A DNA stretch of 35,599 nucleotides from Chloroflexia bacterium (GTDB lineage: Bacteria; Chloroflexota; Chloroflexia; QHBQ01; JAICKM01), in contig DATGEF010000470.1 in NCBI GenBank assembly GCA_035310405.1, positions 1 through 35,599 of the forward strand, read 5' to 3'. Position 1 is the stretch's first letter. Each line of letters opens with the position of its first letter. Shown here piece by piece: positions 1-9,152 of the stretch. Position numbers and translations under genes: made by a program. The notes beneath the pieces are model-generated. The model saw nothing but the letters and a program-made list of their open reading frames with translations, did not search any database and was not told the DNA's origin.

Positions 1-1518
1 CGCGTGCTGGTGATCACCGGGCCGAACACAGGCGGCAAGACCGTGGCCCTGAAGACGGTCGGCCTGCTCACGCTGATGGGCATGTGCGGCCTGCATATCC
101 CGGCCGACAGTGGGTCGCGCCTGCTGATCTTCGAGCGGATCTTCGCCGATATCGGCGACGAGCAATCGATCGAGCAGAGCCTGAGCACTTTCTCGTCCCA
201 TATGTCGAACATCATCACCATCCTCAAGCAGCTCAACGCCCGGAGCCTGGTGCTCCTCGACGAACTGGGCGCCGGGACCGATCCGCAGGAGGGCGCCGCC
301 CTGGCACGCGCCCTGATCGAGCACCTGCTGGCCAGCGGCGCCCTCGGCATCGCCACGACGCATTACTCGGAATTGAAGGCCTTTGCCTATACCACGGAGG
401 GTGTGGAAAACGGCTCGGTGGAGTTCAATGTCGAGACCCTGGCCCCGACCTATAAGCTGACTGTTGGACTGCCGGGCCGCTCCAACGCGCTGGCGATCGC
501 CACGCGGCTCGGGTTGCAGCCGGAGCTCGTCGCCCAGGCTCAGCGCTTCCTGAACCCGGAAGACGTGCATGTCGAGAACTTGCTGGAAACGATCCGGCGG
601 GAGCGCGAACAGACCAGCCAGGCGCGGGCCGCCGCCGAGCAGACCCGCCGCCAGGCCGACGTCCGCCTCCACGACCTGGAGCGCCAGTTGCGCGATGTCG
701 ATCGGCTGAAGCAAGAAGCCCTGATCGAGGCGCGGGCCCAGGCCGAAGCCGAGCTCGCCGAGCTGCGCGAGCTGATTCGGAAGGTGCGGGTGGAAACCGA
801 GTCGAGCGCCCTGACCCGTGAATGGGTCCAGCAGCAGGCCGCGCGGCTGGAAAGTGCCCAGAAAGAGTTGCGCGCCCGCACCCACCGCAAACCGGCGCCC
901 GGCGTCCCGCGTCCGGCGGGCGCGGCCGCGCCCGCCGTCACGGCGCCTCTGCGCCCCGGCGATCGGGTCTACGTGCCGTCGCTGGACGCCGAAGGCGAGA
1001 TCCTCACCGCGCCCGACTCCAGCAACAGCTGTGAGGTGCAGCTCGGGGCCTTCAAGCTCCGCGTCAAACTCGACGACATGGAGCGGGTGCGCCCCGCGGG
1101 GCCGGAGGTCGGGTGGAGCTGGACCAGCGACGATGGCCCGGGCGCCGGCGCCGGGCGCCTGGAAGAGAGCGGGGTGCGCGCCTGGGGGACCACCGAGGAG
1201 CCCCAGCGCGATCGCCGCGGCGCGGCGGGCGCCACCTTGATGCAGCGTGCCGCGTCCGCCGCGGTGCCGTTGGAGATCGACTTCCGCGGCTACCGCGCGG
1301 AGGAGATTGAGCCGGCCCTCGACCCCTACCTGCAAGACGCGGCACTCGCCGGGATGCCGATGGTCCGCATCATCCACGGCAAAGGGACCGGGGTGCTGCG
1401 GCAGGTAGTGCGCGAGATCCTGAAGAAGCACCCGCTGGTCCGCGGTTGGGCGCCCGGCCCCGTCGAGCAAGGCGGCGAGGGCGTGAGCCTGGCCTACTTC
1501 GACAAACCGCCGGCGTAG
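1..1518 (+). CDS. mutS2: Endonuclease MutS2, C-terminal ~505 aa (5' end outside window)
   Basis: The frame is open from base 1. It has Walker A GPNTGGKT and the MutS ATPase core (LVLLDELGAGTDPQEG, ATTHY). A long coiled-coil and a KOW-like segment follow. The C terminus is an Smr domain (LEIDFRGYRAEE...VRIIHGKGTGVLR). Confidence 0.92.
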   Translation, partial: RVLVITGPNTGGKTVALKTVGLLTLMGMCGLHIPADSGSRLLIFERIFADIGDEQSIEQSLSTFSSHMSNIITILKQLNARSLVLLDELGAGTDPQEGAALARALIEHLLASGALGIATTHYSELKAFAYTTEGVENGSVEFNVETLAPTYKLTVGLPGRSNALAIATRLGLQPELVAQAQRFLNPEDVHVENLLETIRREREQTSQARAAAEQTRRQADVRLHDLERQLRDVDRLKQEALIEARAQAEAELAELRELIRKVRVETESSALTREWVQQQAARLESAQKELRARTHRKPAPGVPRPAGAAAPAVTAPLRPGDRVYVPSLDAEGEILTAPDSSNSCEVQLGAFKLRVKLDDMERVRPAGPEVGWSWTSDDGPGAGAGRLEESGVRAWGTTEEPQRDRRGAAGATLMQRAASAAVPLEIDFRGYRAEEIEPALDPYLQDAALAGMPMVRIIHGKGTGVLRQVVREILKKHPLVRGWAPGPVEQGGEGVSLAYFDKPPA

Positions 1519-1564
1519 ACGAAGTCCTGCGTTGAAAGTGCTGAGTTGAAAGTGGAGCGATCCT

Positions 1565-2035
1565 ATGTCTATTGTGGCATCTGCGCAGCCCCGACCGGCG
1601 CGCCAGCAAGCCGGGAAGGGCCAGCGGTTCGCGCGCTACCGCCCCTGGTTTTATGCGGCGGCCCTGTATAACCTGGTCTGGGGAAGTGTGAACGTGCTGG
1701 CGCCCGGCCTGCTGTTTCGGGCGCTGCGCTTGCCGCCCCCCAAGGACCCAGCGTACTGGCAAGTGGTGGGCATGTTTGTGCTCGTGTATGCCCCCGGCTA
1801 CTGGTGGGCGGGCCGCCACCCGGAGCGCCACCGGCACCTCATTCTCATCGGACTCCTGGGCAAGCTGCTCGGCCCCCTGGGCTTTGTCTGGGCAACCCGG
1901 ACCAAGCAATTGCCGCTGGCCTTCGGCTGGATCAATTTGACCAATGACGTAATCTGGTGGCCGGCGTTCGTGCTGTACCTCCGCGATGCCGCCCGCGAGT
2001 CGGGTGGGTGGGGGCCCTTCGTGGCGGGGGAGTAG
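1565..2035 (+). CDS. Hypothetical integral membrane protein (about 4 TM, Trp/Tyr-rich)
   Basis: 156-aa ORF with high GC3 and several hydrophobic segments (YAAALYNLVWGSVNVLAPGLLF, VVGMFVLVYAPGYWW, LILIGLLGKLLGPLGFVW, VIWWPAFVLYL). I recognise no family. Confidence 0.6.
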   Translation: MSIVASAQPRPARQQAGKGQRFARYRPWFYAAALYNLVWGSVNVLAPGLLFRALRLPPPKDPAYWQVVGMFVLVYAPGYWWAGRHPERHRHLILIGLLGKLLGPLGFVWATRTKQLPLAFGWINLTNDVIWWPAFVLYLRDAARESGGWGPFVAGE

Positions 2036-2059
2036 GCCTGGCGGATAGCAGCCCCCGCG

Positions 2060-3685
2060 TCAGGGCCGCGCGGTGCTGGCGGCGGGGGGCGTGGGGCTGG
2101 ATGCCGGCGGCCGGGACGCCGGGGGCGTCGCGCCGGGAGCAGCCGTGGGCTTACTCAGGGCGGTGAGGATCTGGAGCGCCTGCTGGGCCTGGGAGCTGTT
2201 CGGCGCCGTCTGGATGATCCGCGTCGCATAGGTTTGCACCAGCGTCTGGTCGGGGGGGCTCTTGCTCTGGCCCACCTGGATCAGGCCCAGCATGGCGTCG
2301 AGATTCTTGGGGTCGACCTGGAGCGCCTGCTCGAAGAGGGGCTGGGCGAGGGACAGATTATGCTGCAACAGCAGGCTGTTGGCCTGGTTGACCAGGGTGG
2401 GCGCATCGGGCGCCGCGGCGGTGGGCACCGTCCCGCCCGTTGTGCCGCTATTGATCGTGGTACTCAGGAAGCTGCCCACCGTGCCCAGGACCAGTACCAG
2501 GCCGATCACGAGCGTCATGACCTGGTAGGCAAAGCGGTTGTTGGCGCTCTTGCGGCGGCGGCGGCGGGGGGGCGCCGCCGCCGGCGGGATGGCGCGCCCG
2601 CGCGGTAGCTCATCGTCGGCGTCATAATCCAGGGGCCGTCCCGAGGGCCGGACGCCTGGCCGCGCGGCCATGGCGGCCTGGCGCGAGGGAGCGGCCGCGG
2701 TCGGGGGGCGCGCGGCCTGGCGCGCGGCAATCTGGGCGGCCTCGCGGCGGCTGGGGAGCGCGACGCCCGCCCGGGCCGCCGGCGTGGCCAATGGGCGGAG
2801 CGGCGGCGCACCGGGCCTGGCCGGTGCGCCGCCGCGGGTGCCGGTTCCCGGCGTGGCGGGCGGCGGCGCGGCGGGCCGGGCGGGCGCCACCCGAATCGCG
2901 GTGCTCACGGGCGCCGGCGGGGCCGAGGCCGGGACGATGGGCAGTCTCGCCCTTTCCTCCGGCTCGTAATCCTCCCCATCCGCATCCTCGTCGGCGGCGA
3001 AGTCCTCCGCATCCTCATCGGCATCCGCGTCCTCATCGGCGGCGAAGTCCTCCGCATCTTCGGCATCTTCGTCCTCGCCGGCTGCCAAGGCTGCGGCAGG
3101 CTTGTCCGCTGCCAGCCCGTCTTCGACGGGCGCCGGCGCCCTGTCCTCCGCGGGCTCCAGCACCGCCGGGCCGGCGACCGTATCCGGCCCCCCGCCGGTC
3201 GGAGCGTCCACTGGTGGCGGGGCGGCCGCCAGGCCCTCGCCCGGTGGCGCAGTGGCCGCCAGGCCCTCGCCCGGTGGTGGGTCGGCGACCAGGCTCACTA
3301 CGGGCAGGACGGGCGCGGGCGGCGCGGCGGCGTCGACATCGGCGCCCGCGCCCGGCGCTTGCCGGATCTCGGCCTCGGTCGCGCGCAAGGCGGGCGGCAG
3401 GTCGGCGATCGCCGGCTGGGGGGCGCGGGCCAGGCCCAGGCGGAGCCGGCCATCATAAGCGGCACGCTGGTCGGGATCGAGCAGCACCGCGTAGGCCGCG
3501 GCCAGCCGGGCGCGCTGCTTGCGGGCGTAATCCTGCCGCGAGGTGGGGACCTTATCGGCGGCAAACATGCTGCTCAGGTCGGCGTAGGCCGATTCGATCT
3601 CCTCTTCGCCGGCGTCGGGCTTCAGGCCCAAAAGGTCATAATAATTTTCAGAGTCCCTGTCGAGCGTCATGACGAAATACTCCAT
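2060..3685 (-). CDS. J-like domain protein (HPD replaced by AAD) with acidic/Pro-rich linker, one TM and a C-terminal TPR-like segment
   Basis: The N terminus (NYYDLLGLKPDAGEEEIESAYADLSSMFAADKVP...AAYAVLLDPDQRAAYD) aligns to the DnaJ J-domain. The linker carries in-frame DNA repeats giving PPGEGLAA(T/A)A x2 and EDAEDFAADEDAD x2. The TM is FAYQVMTLVIGLVLVLGTVGSFL. The tail is LAQPLFEQALQVDPKNLDAMLGLIQ. An alternative start at Met6 (3670) is possible. Confidence 0.78.
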   Translation of the reverse strand: MEYFVMTLDRDSENYYDLLGLKPDAGEEEIESAYADLSSMFAADKVPTSRQDYARKQRARLAAAYAVLLDPDQRAAYDGRLRLGLARAPQPAIADLPPALRATEAEIRQAPGAGADVDAAAPPAPVLPVVSLVADPPPGEGLAATAPPGEGLAAAPPPVDAPTGGGPDTVAGPAVLEPAEDRAPAPVEDGLAADKPAAALAAGEDEDAEDAEDFAADEDADADEDAEDFAADEDADGEDYEPEERARLPIVPASAPPAPVSTAIRVAPARPAAPPPATPGTGTRGGAPARPGAPPLRPLATPAARAGVALPSRREAAQIAARQAARPPTAAAPSRQAAMAARPGVRPSGRPLDYDADDELPRGRAIPPAAAPPRRRRRKSANNRFAYQVMTLVIGLVLVLGTVGSFLSTTINSGTTGGTVPTAAAPDAPTLVNQANSLLLQHNLSLAQPLFEQALQVDPKNLDAMLGLIQVGQSKSPPDQTLVQTYATRIIQTAPNSSQAQQALQILTALSKPTAAPGATPPASRPPASSPTPPAASTARP

Positions 3686-3787
3686 AAGTGGCCACCGGCC
3701 ACGGCAACGGCTCAGATGTTCGCGTCCTATTCTACCAGAAAACGGGCCAAGCAGCCAACACGAGCGTAGACGGCGATAAATTTACAA

Positions 3788-3847
3788 AACATTTACACAA
3801 CTGGAGGTGTGTAAATGTTGACAGCCCGCCGCGTCATCTGCTATACT
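3788..3847 (+). promoter_or_regulatory. Sigma70-type promoter (TTGACA-18-TGcTATACT) overlapped by a 12-bp perfect inverted repeat (candidate operator)
   Basis: -35 TTGACA lies at 3818-3823 and -10 TATACT at 3842-3847, preceded by TGc. The inverted repeat is AACATTTACACA (3788-3799) and TGTGTAAATGTT (3808-3819), separated by 8 nt. An extra ATTTACA copy lies at 3780-3786. Confidence 0.6.
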
Positions 3848-3851
3848 GCAT

Positions 3852-3899
3852 AAGATTAGCCCGGGTACGCCTAAAAGGTTCGCATGAGCTAATCTTTTT
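3852..3899 (+). promoter_or_regulatory. 5'-leader stem-loop followed by a T-run (possible attenuator or stabiliser)
   Basis: AAGATTAGC (3852-3860) pairs with GCTAATCTT (3888-3896) and a TTTTT run follows. The hairpin starts at about the predicted transcription start of the 3842 promoter. Confidence 0.35.
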
Positions 3900-3972
3900 C
3901 ATTAGCCTATACGAATATAGCGGCCCCGGTAACGCTGTAAGGGAAACGCTGTAAAGGAGTTGAGTCGCCGTC

Positions 3973-5073
3973 TTGCCCAGATATCTGCTGCGGAGCTGTA
4001 GCTTACTCGCCCTGTGCTTGCTGGTATTGCCCGCCTGTGGGGGGGCGGCCCCGGCCGTGAGCCCGGGCCTGGCTACGCCAGTACCGCTGACTGCCGCTCC
4101 GGCGACGCCGGACGCCGCCGTGGCGCATCTTCAGCAGACGGTTGGCGTCCTCAACCAGATGCAGGGGCATCTCCTGGTCGCCGGGGAGCTGGCCGGCGCC
4201 GGCCAGGTCGACCAGGCGCGCGAACAGGCGGCGCTGCCGGGAAAAGAGTTGTTTGACCCGCTGGCGCAGGACCTGGCCGCCGCGGGCGCCGATCAAACGG
4301 TCCGTGCGGCGCTCGACCGTTATACGGCGGCGATCGGCAATGGGGACGTGGCGGCCCCCGCCGCGCAGGCGACGGCCCTGCACGCGATTGACGCCGCGAT
4401 CCAGGCTGTTGCCGGGCCCGGCCGGCTGGCGGATAGCGGCTTTCAGGCCGGGGTCCTGGGCGACCTGTTGACGAAAGTCGAAGCCGAGTATCGCGAATCG
4501 CTCCAGGATGGCAAGGTCACGCAGCTGGAGCCCTACCAGAGCGCCTACGGGATTTTGCAGGTGGTGCGCCGGCGCTTCGCCGAGTTACAGCACGGGCTGG
4601 GCGCCGCGCAGGGGGATGCGCTGCACACGGCGGCCACGGCGCTTGACCAGCTGGCGGGTGCGTTGCCTGCCGCCCAACCGCCCGCGCCCGCAGTAACGGC
4701 CACGGCCGTCGAGCAGGCCGCGGACGCGGCCAAGGGCGCGGTGCGGGCGGCCACCGGGATGAGCAGCACGCCGCCGGCGGGCGGGGCGACGATCGCGGCG
4801 GCGCGGGCCGATGTGCAGGCGGCGCTGGCGCTCTACCAGGCCGGTCAAAACGACGCCGCCTATGAGCAAGCCGCGGCGGCGTACCTGGACCAGGTGGAAC
4901 CGTTGGAACCGGACTTGCTAAAAGCCGATAAGACCGTGGTGCCGGTGTTGGAAGCGGATTTCAAAGCGTTTCGGGATGGGATCAAAGCAAATCAAGCGCC
5001 GGCGACCCTGGCCGCCCTGGCCACGCGTCTCGACGGCGAGCTGGCGCAGGCGGCCGCGCTGTTAGGGAGATGA
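3973..5073 (+). CDS. Lipoprotein, all-helical Ala-rich, probable periplasmic partner of the downstream FTR1 permease
   Basis: TTG start with AAAGGAG 13 nt upstream. Signal peptide plus lipobox (LCLLVLPACGG). The stop overlaps the FTR1 start (ATGA). The C-terminal ~80 aa align to the N-terminal soluble domain of the next protein (YQAGQNDAAYEQAAAAYLDQVEPLE vs YRLGNYDTAYKLARGAYLDHFENIE). Confidence 0.72.
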   Translation: MPRYLLRSCSLLALCLLVLPACGGAAPAVSPGLATPVPLTAAPATPDAAVAHLQQTVGVLNQMQGHLLVAGELAGAGQVDQAREQAALPGKELFDPLAQDLAAAGADQTVRAALDRYTAAIGNGDVAAPAAQATALHAIDAAIQAVAGPGRLADSGFQAGVLGDLLTKVEAEYRESLQDGKVTQLEPYQSAYGILQVVRRRFAELQHGLGAAQGDALHTAATALDQLAGALPAAQPPAPAVTATAVEQAADAAKGAVRAATGMSSTPPAGGATIAAARADVQAALALYQAGQNDAAYEQAAAAYLDQVEPLEPDLLKADKTVVPVLEADFKAFRDGIKANQAPATLAALATRLDGELAQAAALLGR

Positions 5074-6344
5074 GAAACGCCATGTCGATTAAAACGGGGA
5101 CCGTGCTGCGGGTGCTCCTGGTGCTGCTGGCGCTGGGCAACGGCTTTTTCCTGTTCGTCCCCACGGCGCAGGCCCAGACGACCAGCCCAGCCAATGTGAA
5201 TGTGCCGGCCGAGGCCGAGCTGATCCGCGACGGCTTGCAGCAGGCGATGCGCGAGTATCGTCTCGGCAACTACGATACCGCGTATAAGCTCGCGCGGGGC
5301 GCCTATCTCGATCATTTTGAGAACATCGAGATCCCCCTGCGCGTGATGAACGCCGACCTGACGGCGGATATGGAATTCCGCTTCGCCGCGTTGCGCGGGG
5401 CCATGGAAGCACGCCAGCCGATCGACCTCGTGGAAAAGGATGCGCGCAGTGTTCGGGATGGGGTGGACGAAGTGGAGGCCATGTTCTCCGGGCCGGGCCT
5501 GGTCGCCCCGCTGTTCGCCTTCGGGACCTCGTTCTCGATCATCTTCCGCGAAGGCCTGGAGGCCTCGCTCGTCGTCGCGGCCGTCCTGGCCTACCTGGAA
5601 TCGAGCAACAACCGCCGGCTCAAAAAGCCGGTGCTCTGGGGCGTGGCGGCGGCCATCGGCTTCAGCGCGCTGTCGTGGGTCCTGGTCAACACGATCATCC
5701 AGCTGGCCCCGGTCGGCCGGGAAGTGATCGAGGCGGCCGTCTCCTTGTTCGCCGTGGTCATGCTCTTCTGGGTCAGCTTCTGGCTGATCCGCAAGATGGA
5801 CAATAAGCGCTGGATGGAATTCATCAAGGCACGGGCCTGGTCGGCGATGGCCAGCGGCAGCACCCTGGCCCTGGCGATGCTCGGCTTCACCGCGGTCTAC
5901 CGCGAAGGGCTGGAGACCGCGCTCTTCTACCAGGTGCTGGCGACGACCGGCGTCGGGGTGGAGCTCTATGTCGTCGGGGGCTTCGTGCTGGGGATCGCGG
6001 CCCTGGCGGTGGCGATGACGGCCATGTTCCGAGCCGGGCGCAAGCTCCCCGTGGGGCGCTTCCTCTCGATCGCCGCGACCATTATCATGATCCTGTCGGT
6101 CGCCTTCCTGGGCAACGCCGTGCGCCAGCTGCAGGACATCGGCGTGCTCGGCACAACCTCGCTGATCGGCGTGGTGCCGCGCCTGCCACACCTCCTGGCC
6201 GAGCTGACCGGCATCCACCCGACGGTGGAGACGATCGTGGCCCAGCTGGCGCTGGCCGCCGTCTATGCCGGTGGGGTGGTCATCTTCTTCCTCAAGCGCT
6301 CGGCGCCCCGCCCCACCGCCGAGCCGCGGCGCCGGCCGGTTTAA
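5070..6344 (+). CDS. FTR1/EfeU-family high-affinity iron permease with an N-terminal extracytoplasmic domain
   Basis: Two REGLE motifs sit in TM helices (FREGLEASLVV, YREGLETALFY). It has a signal peptide (VLLVLLALGNGFFLFVPTAQAQ) and about 7 TM. Confidence 0.9.
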   Translation: MRNAMSIKTGTVLRVLLVLLALGNGFFLFVPTAQAQTTSPANVNVPAEAELIRDGLQQAMREYRLGNYDTAYKLARGAYLDHFENIEIPLRVMNADLTADMEFRFAALRGAMEARQPIDLVEKDARSVRDGVDEVEAMFSGPGLVAPLFAFGTSFSIIFREGLEASLVVAAVLAYLESSNNRRLKKPVLWGVAAAIGFSALSWVLVNTIIQLAPVGREVIEAAVSLFAVVMLFWVSFWLIRKMDNKRWMEFIKARAWSAMASGSTLALAMLGFTAVYREGLETALFYQVLATTGVGVELYVVGGFVLGIAALAVAMTAMFRAGRKLPVGRFLSIAATIIMILSVAFLGNAVRQLQDIGVLGTTSLIGVVPRLPHLLAELTGIHPTVETIVAQLALAAVYAGGVVIFFLKRSAPRPTAEPRRRPV

Positions 6345-8554
6345 TGCCCGACCACACGGCGCTGTTGCGCCCCCCAGGCGACGCGGCCGGCGCGCTGGCC
6401 GACGATGTCGACATCCCCAACAGCGCCGGGATGCGTATCGGCGTGGACGTGGGCGGCACCTTTACCAAGGCCGTGGCGATCTACAGCAATCCCCTGCGCA
6501 TCGTCCACCAGGTGGTCGTGCCGACCACGCATGCGGCGCCCCAGGGCGTGGCGCTCGGCGTGGTGCAGGCTTTGAGCCGGCTGTTGGCCGCGCCGACGCT
6601 CTGCCGGTTCCAGCCGCGCGTCGTGGCCCACAGTACCACGCAGGCGGTCAACGCCTTGCTCGAAGGCGATACGGCCGTCGTCGGCATTATCGGCATGGCC
6701 CACGAGGAGGATCGGCGCGAGGCCGAGAAACGGACCCGCGTCGGCGATATCGCCCTGGCCCCCGGCCGCACGCTGCGGACGCTCCACCGCTTCCTCGACA
6801 CGACCAACGGTCTGTTGCCGCGGGATGTGCTAGCGGCGGTCCGCGCCCTGGCCGATGCCGGGGCAGGCGCCATCGTCGCCAGCGAGGCGTTCAGCGTCGA
6901 CGACGCGGCCCACGAGCGCCTGGTGATGAGCGTGGCCCGCGAGCTGGGCCTGCCCGCTACGGGGGGGCACGAAGTCTCCGGCGCCTACGGGCTGGAGGTA
7001 CGCACGCTGACGGCGGCGATCAACGCCAGCATTATGCCGCGTATGCTGCAAACGGCCGAGCTGGTCGAGCATTGCCTGCGGGAAGCCGGCGTCCAGGCAC
7101 CCCTGGTCGTCATGCGCGGCGATGGCGGGGTAATGAGCATGCAGCAGCTGCGCGAGCGGCCGCTCTTGACCGTGCTCTCGGGCCCGGCCGCCTCGCTGGC
7201 CGGCGCCTTGCTCTCCGAGCGGGTGCTGGACGGCATCTTTCTCGAAGTGGGCGGCACCAGCACGAACCTCGGGGTGATCCGCGGTGGGCAGCCCGCGATG
7301 AAGTACGTCCAGGTGATGGACCACCCGACCTGTTTGCGCTCGCTCGATGTGCGGGTGCAGGGCGTGGCCGGCGGCAGCATGGCGCGGGTGCGGGGCAAGA
7401 AGCTGGCCGACGTCGGCCCCCGCAGCGCGCATATCGCCGGCCTGGCCTACTCTTGCTTTGCCCGGCCCGAGGAGCTGGATGGGCCGCTGGCGCTGGAGCT
7501 GTTTGCGCCGCGGGACGGCGACCCGGCGGATTACATCGCAGTGCGTAACGCGGCGGGCCAGCGCTTCGCGCTCACCGTGACCTGCGCCGCGAACGCCCTC
7601 GGCCGGGTGGCGGCGGGCGCCTATGCCTATGCCCCTCCCGAGGCCGCGCGCCGCGCGTTCGCCCCGCTGGGCCAGGTGTTGGGCTGCGCGGCCGAGGCGG
7701 CCGCCGCGCAACTCCTTGATCGGGCGGCGTCCCAGGTCGCCGCCGCGGTGCGGGCGCTGGTGACGGAATACCACCTCGACCGCAAAGACCTGACGCTCAT
7801 CGGCGGCGGGGGCGGGGCGGCGGCACTCGGGCCGGCGGTCGCGGCCAAAGTGGGCGCGCAGTGGTCGCTGGCCCGCCACGCCGAGGTCATTTCGTCGATC
7901 GGCGTGGGCATGGCGATGGTGCGCGAGGAGGCCGAGAAGACCCTCGACCCGGGGAACCCCGACGAAGTGGCCCAGCTGGCGGCGCTGGTGGAAGAGCGGG
8001 CGATCCGCAGCGGCGCCGACCCGGCGAGCGTGCATGTCTATACCGAGGCCGTGCCGGAAAAGGGCGGCGTCCGGGCGGTCGCCATCGGCAATGTCGGGCT
8101 GGAGGCGAGCGGCACGCGCGAGATTGGCGCCGACGAGGCGCTCCAGATCGCGGCCCGGCGGGTGCAGGCTCCGGCCGGGAAGCTGTTACTGATCGGGCAG
8201 ACCGCGCACTATTTCGCCTGCGGCCCCCTGCCCGGCCGGGCCTGGGCCTGGAGCAAGCGCTTCCCGGCCGTGATCGTCGACCGTCACGGCAGTGTACGCC
8301 TGGAAGCGGACGAAGCGGAAGTGCTGGTCGGGGCGCCCCTGGATGTGCTGGGGCGCCTGCGCCGCATCCTGACCGGCGAGCGCAGCGGTGCCTTCGGCCT
8401 CGGCCCGCGCCTCTACCTGCTCAACGGCCCGCATTTGCTGGACCTCTCCGCCCTCCAGCAGGTGACCGCGACCCTGGCGGCCGCGGAGAAAGCTCTGGCC
8501 GGCGCGACGGCGCCTACGGTCCTCGCCCTGGTCCAGCGGGCCAGGCTGCTCTGA
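6344..8554 (+). CDS. Hydantoinase/oxoprolinase (HyuA-like, ASKHA fold) family protein
   Basis: Motifs MRIGVDVGGTFTKAV, LTVLSGPAASLAGA, FLEVGGTSTNLGVI and LIGGGGGAA match Hydantoinase_A N-terminal and core motifs. ATG 6344 overlaps the FTR1 stop (TAATG). An alternative start at 6431 (MRIGVDVGG) is possible. Confidence 0.8.
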   Translation: MPDHTALLRPPGDAAGALADDVDIPNSAGMRIGVDVGGTFTKAVAIYSNPLRIVHQVVVPTTHAAPQGVALGVVQALSRLLAAPTLCRFQPRVVAHSTTQAVNALLEGDTAVVGIIGMAHEEDRREAEKRTRVGDIALAPGRTLRTLHRFLDTTNGLLPRDVLAAVRALADAGAGAIVASEAFSVDDAAHERLVMSVARELGLPATGGHEVSGAYGLEVRTLTAAINASIMPRMLQTAELVEHCLREAGVQAPLVVMRGDGGVMSMQQLRERPLLTVLSGPAASLAGALLSERVLDGIFLEVGGTSTNLGVIRGGQPAMKYVQVMDHPTCLRSLDVRVQGVAGGSMARVRGKKLADVGPRSAHIAGLAYSCFARPEELDGPLALELFAPRDGDPADYIAVRNAAGQRFALTVTCAANALGRVAAGAYAYAPPEAARRAFAPLGQVLGCAAEAAAAQLLDRAASQVAAAVRALVTEYHLDRKDLTLIGGGGGAAALGPAVAAKVGAQWSLARHAEVISSIGVGMAMVREEAEKTLDPGNPDEVAQLAALVEERAIRSGADPASVHVYTEAVPEKGGVRAVAIGNVGLEASGTREIGADEALQIAARRVQAPAGKLLLIGQTAHYFACGPLPGRAWAWSKRFPAVIVDRHGSVRLEADEAEVLVGAPLDVLGRLRRILTGERSGAFGLGPRLYLLNGPHLLDLSALQQVTATLAAAEKALAGATAPTVLALVQRARLL

Positions 8555-8582
8555 ATGCGGACTGCGGAATGCGGAATGCGGA
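8553..8582. repeat. Heptamer tandem array (GAATGCG/GACTGCG) x4
   Basis: The sequence reads GAATGCG GACTGCG GAATGCG GAATGCG. It begins inside the stop codon of the preceding gene. Confidence 0.9.
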
Positions 8583-8601
8583 GAGACGACGTTAACAACC
8601 G

Positions 8602-8643
<42 letters not shown>

Positions 8644-8652
8644 TCATTAACG

Positions 8653-9084
8653 ATGGCGGTGTATCGGGAGAAGAAGCGGCCGCGGCTGCTGGTGCTGGGG
8701 CTGATTGGTGCGGGGGCCTTGATCGTGCTGGGTGGGATCGTGGCCGTGCTCGGCGCTGGCCGGCCGGTCGGCGAGACGCCGCGCAGCCGGGTGCAGCGCA
8801 GCTTGCGCGACATGAGCGAGGCCCTCGACCTCTTCGCGATCGAATATCCCAAGAGCCAGGCGGGCCAGCCCTCGGGCGCCGGGCCGGCGCTGGCGCGGGC
8901 GCGGCAGGCGTTCGAGGCCGCCCGGCCGGACCTGGCGACGATCGATCCCACCCAGGCCACGGCTTTCGGCACCGCGCTGACCAGCATCGAGCGCCAGGTG
9001 GCGGCCCACGCCGGCGTCGCTGCCGTGCTGCCCCCCGTGACCCAGTTGCGGGCCGATCTGGCCGCCTGGCTGCAACATCCGTAG
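8653..9084 (+). CDS. Hypothetical membrane-anchored helical protein
   Basis: 143-aa ORF with an N-terminal basic stretch plus TM (KKRPRLLVLGLIGAGALIVLGGIVAVLG) and an Ala-rich helical ectodomain. No clear RBS. Confidence 0.55.
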   Translation: MAVYREKKRPRLLVLGLIGAGALIVLGGIVAVLGAGRPVGETPRSRVQRSLRDMSEALDLFAIEYPKSQAGQPSGAGPALARARQAFEAARPDLATIDPTQATAFGTALTSIERQVAAHAGVAAVLPPVTQLRADLAAWLQHP

Positions 9085-9152
9085 GCGCATTGGGCCAGTT
9101 TTCAGGGTCTTTTCCTGATCGAAATTGGGTATGTAGTTATGTCGCCTGGCTA

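Noticed and set aside
1531-1554. Direct repeat GTTGAAAGTG x2 (14-nt period) upstream of the 1565 gene, as a promoter for a leaderless mRNA
   Set aside because: TTGAAA-18-AGCGAT would put the TSS at about the ATG, but the -10 is poor. The evidence is too thin to call.
3856-3874. IdeR/DtxR-like iron box (TTAGCCCGGGTACGCCTAA) downstream of the iron-permease promoter
   Set aside because: Only about 11 of 19 positions match TTAGGTTAGGCTAACCTAA and the internal dyad symmetry is poor. It could be chance, so I mention it only as a weak possibility.
3688-3954. 88-aa plus-strand ORF in the divergent promoter region
   Set aside because: It is AT-rich, covers the operator palindrome, the promoter and the leader hairpin, and has no RBS. 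Its codon usage is unlike neighbouring genes.
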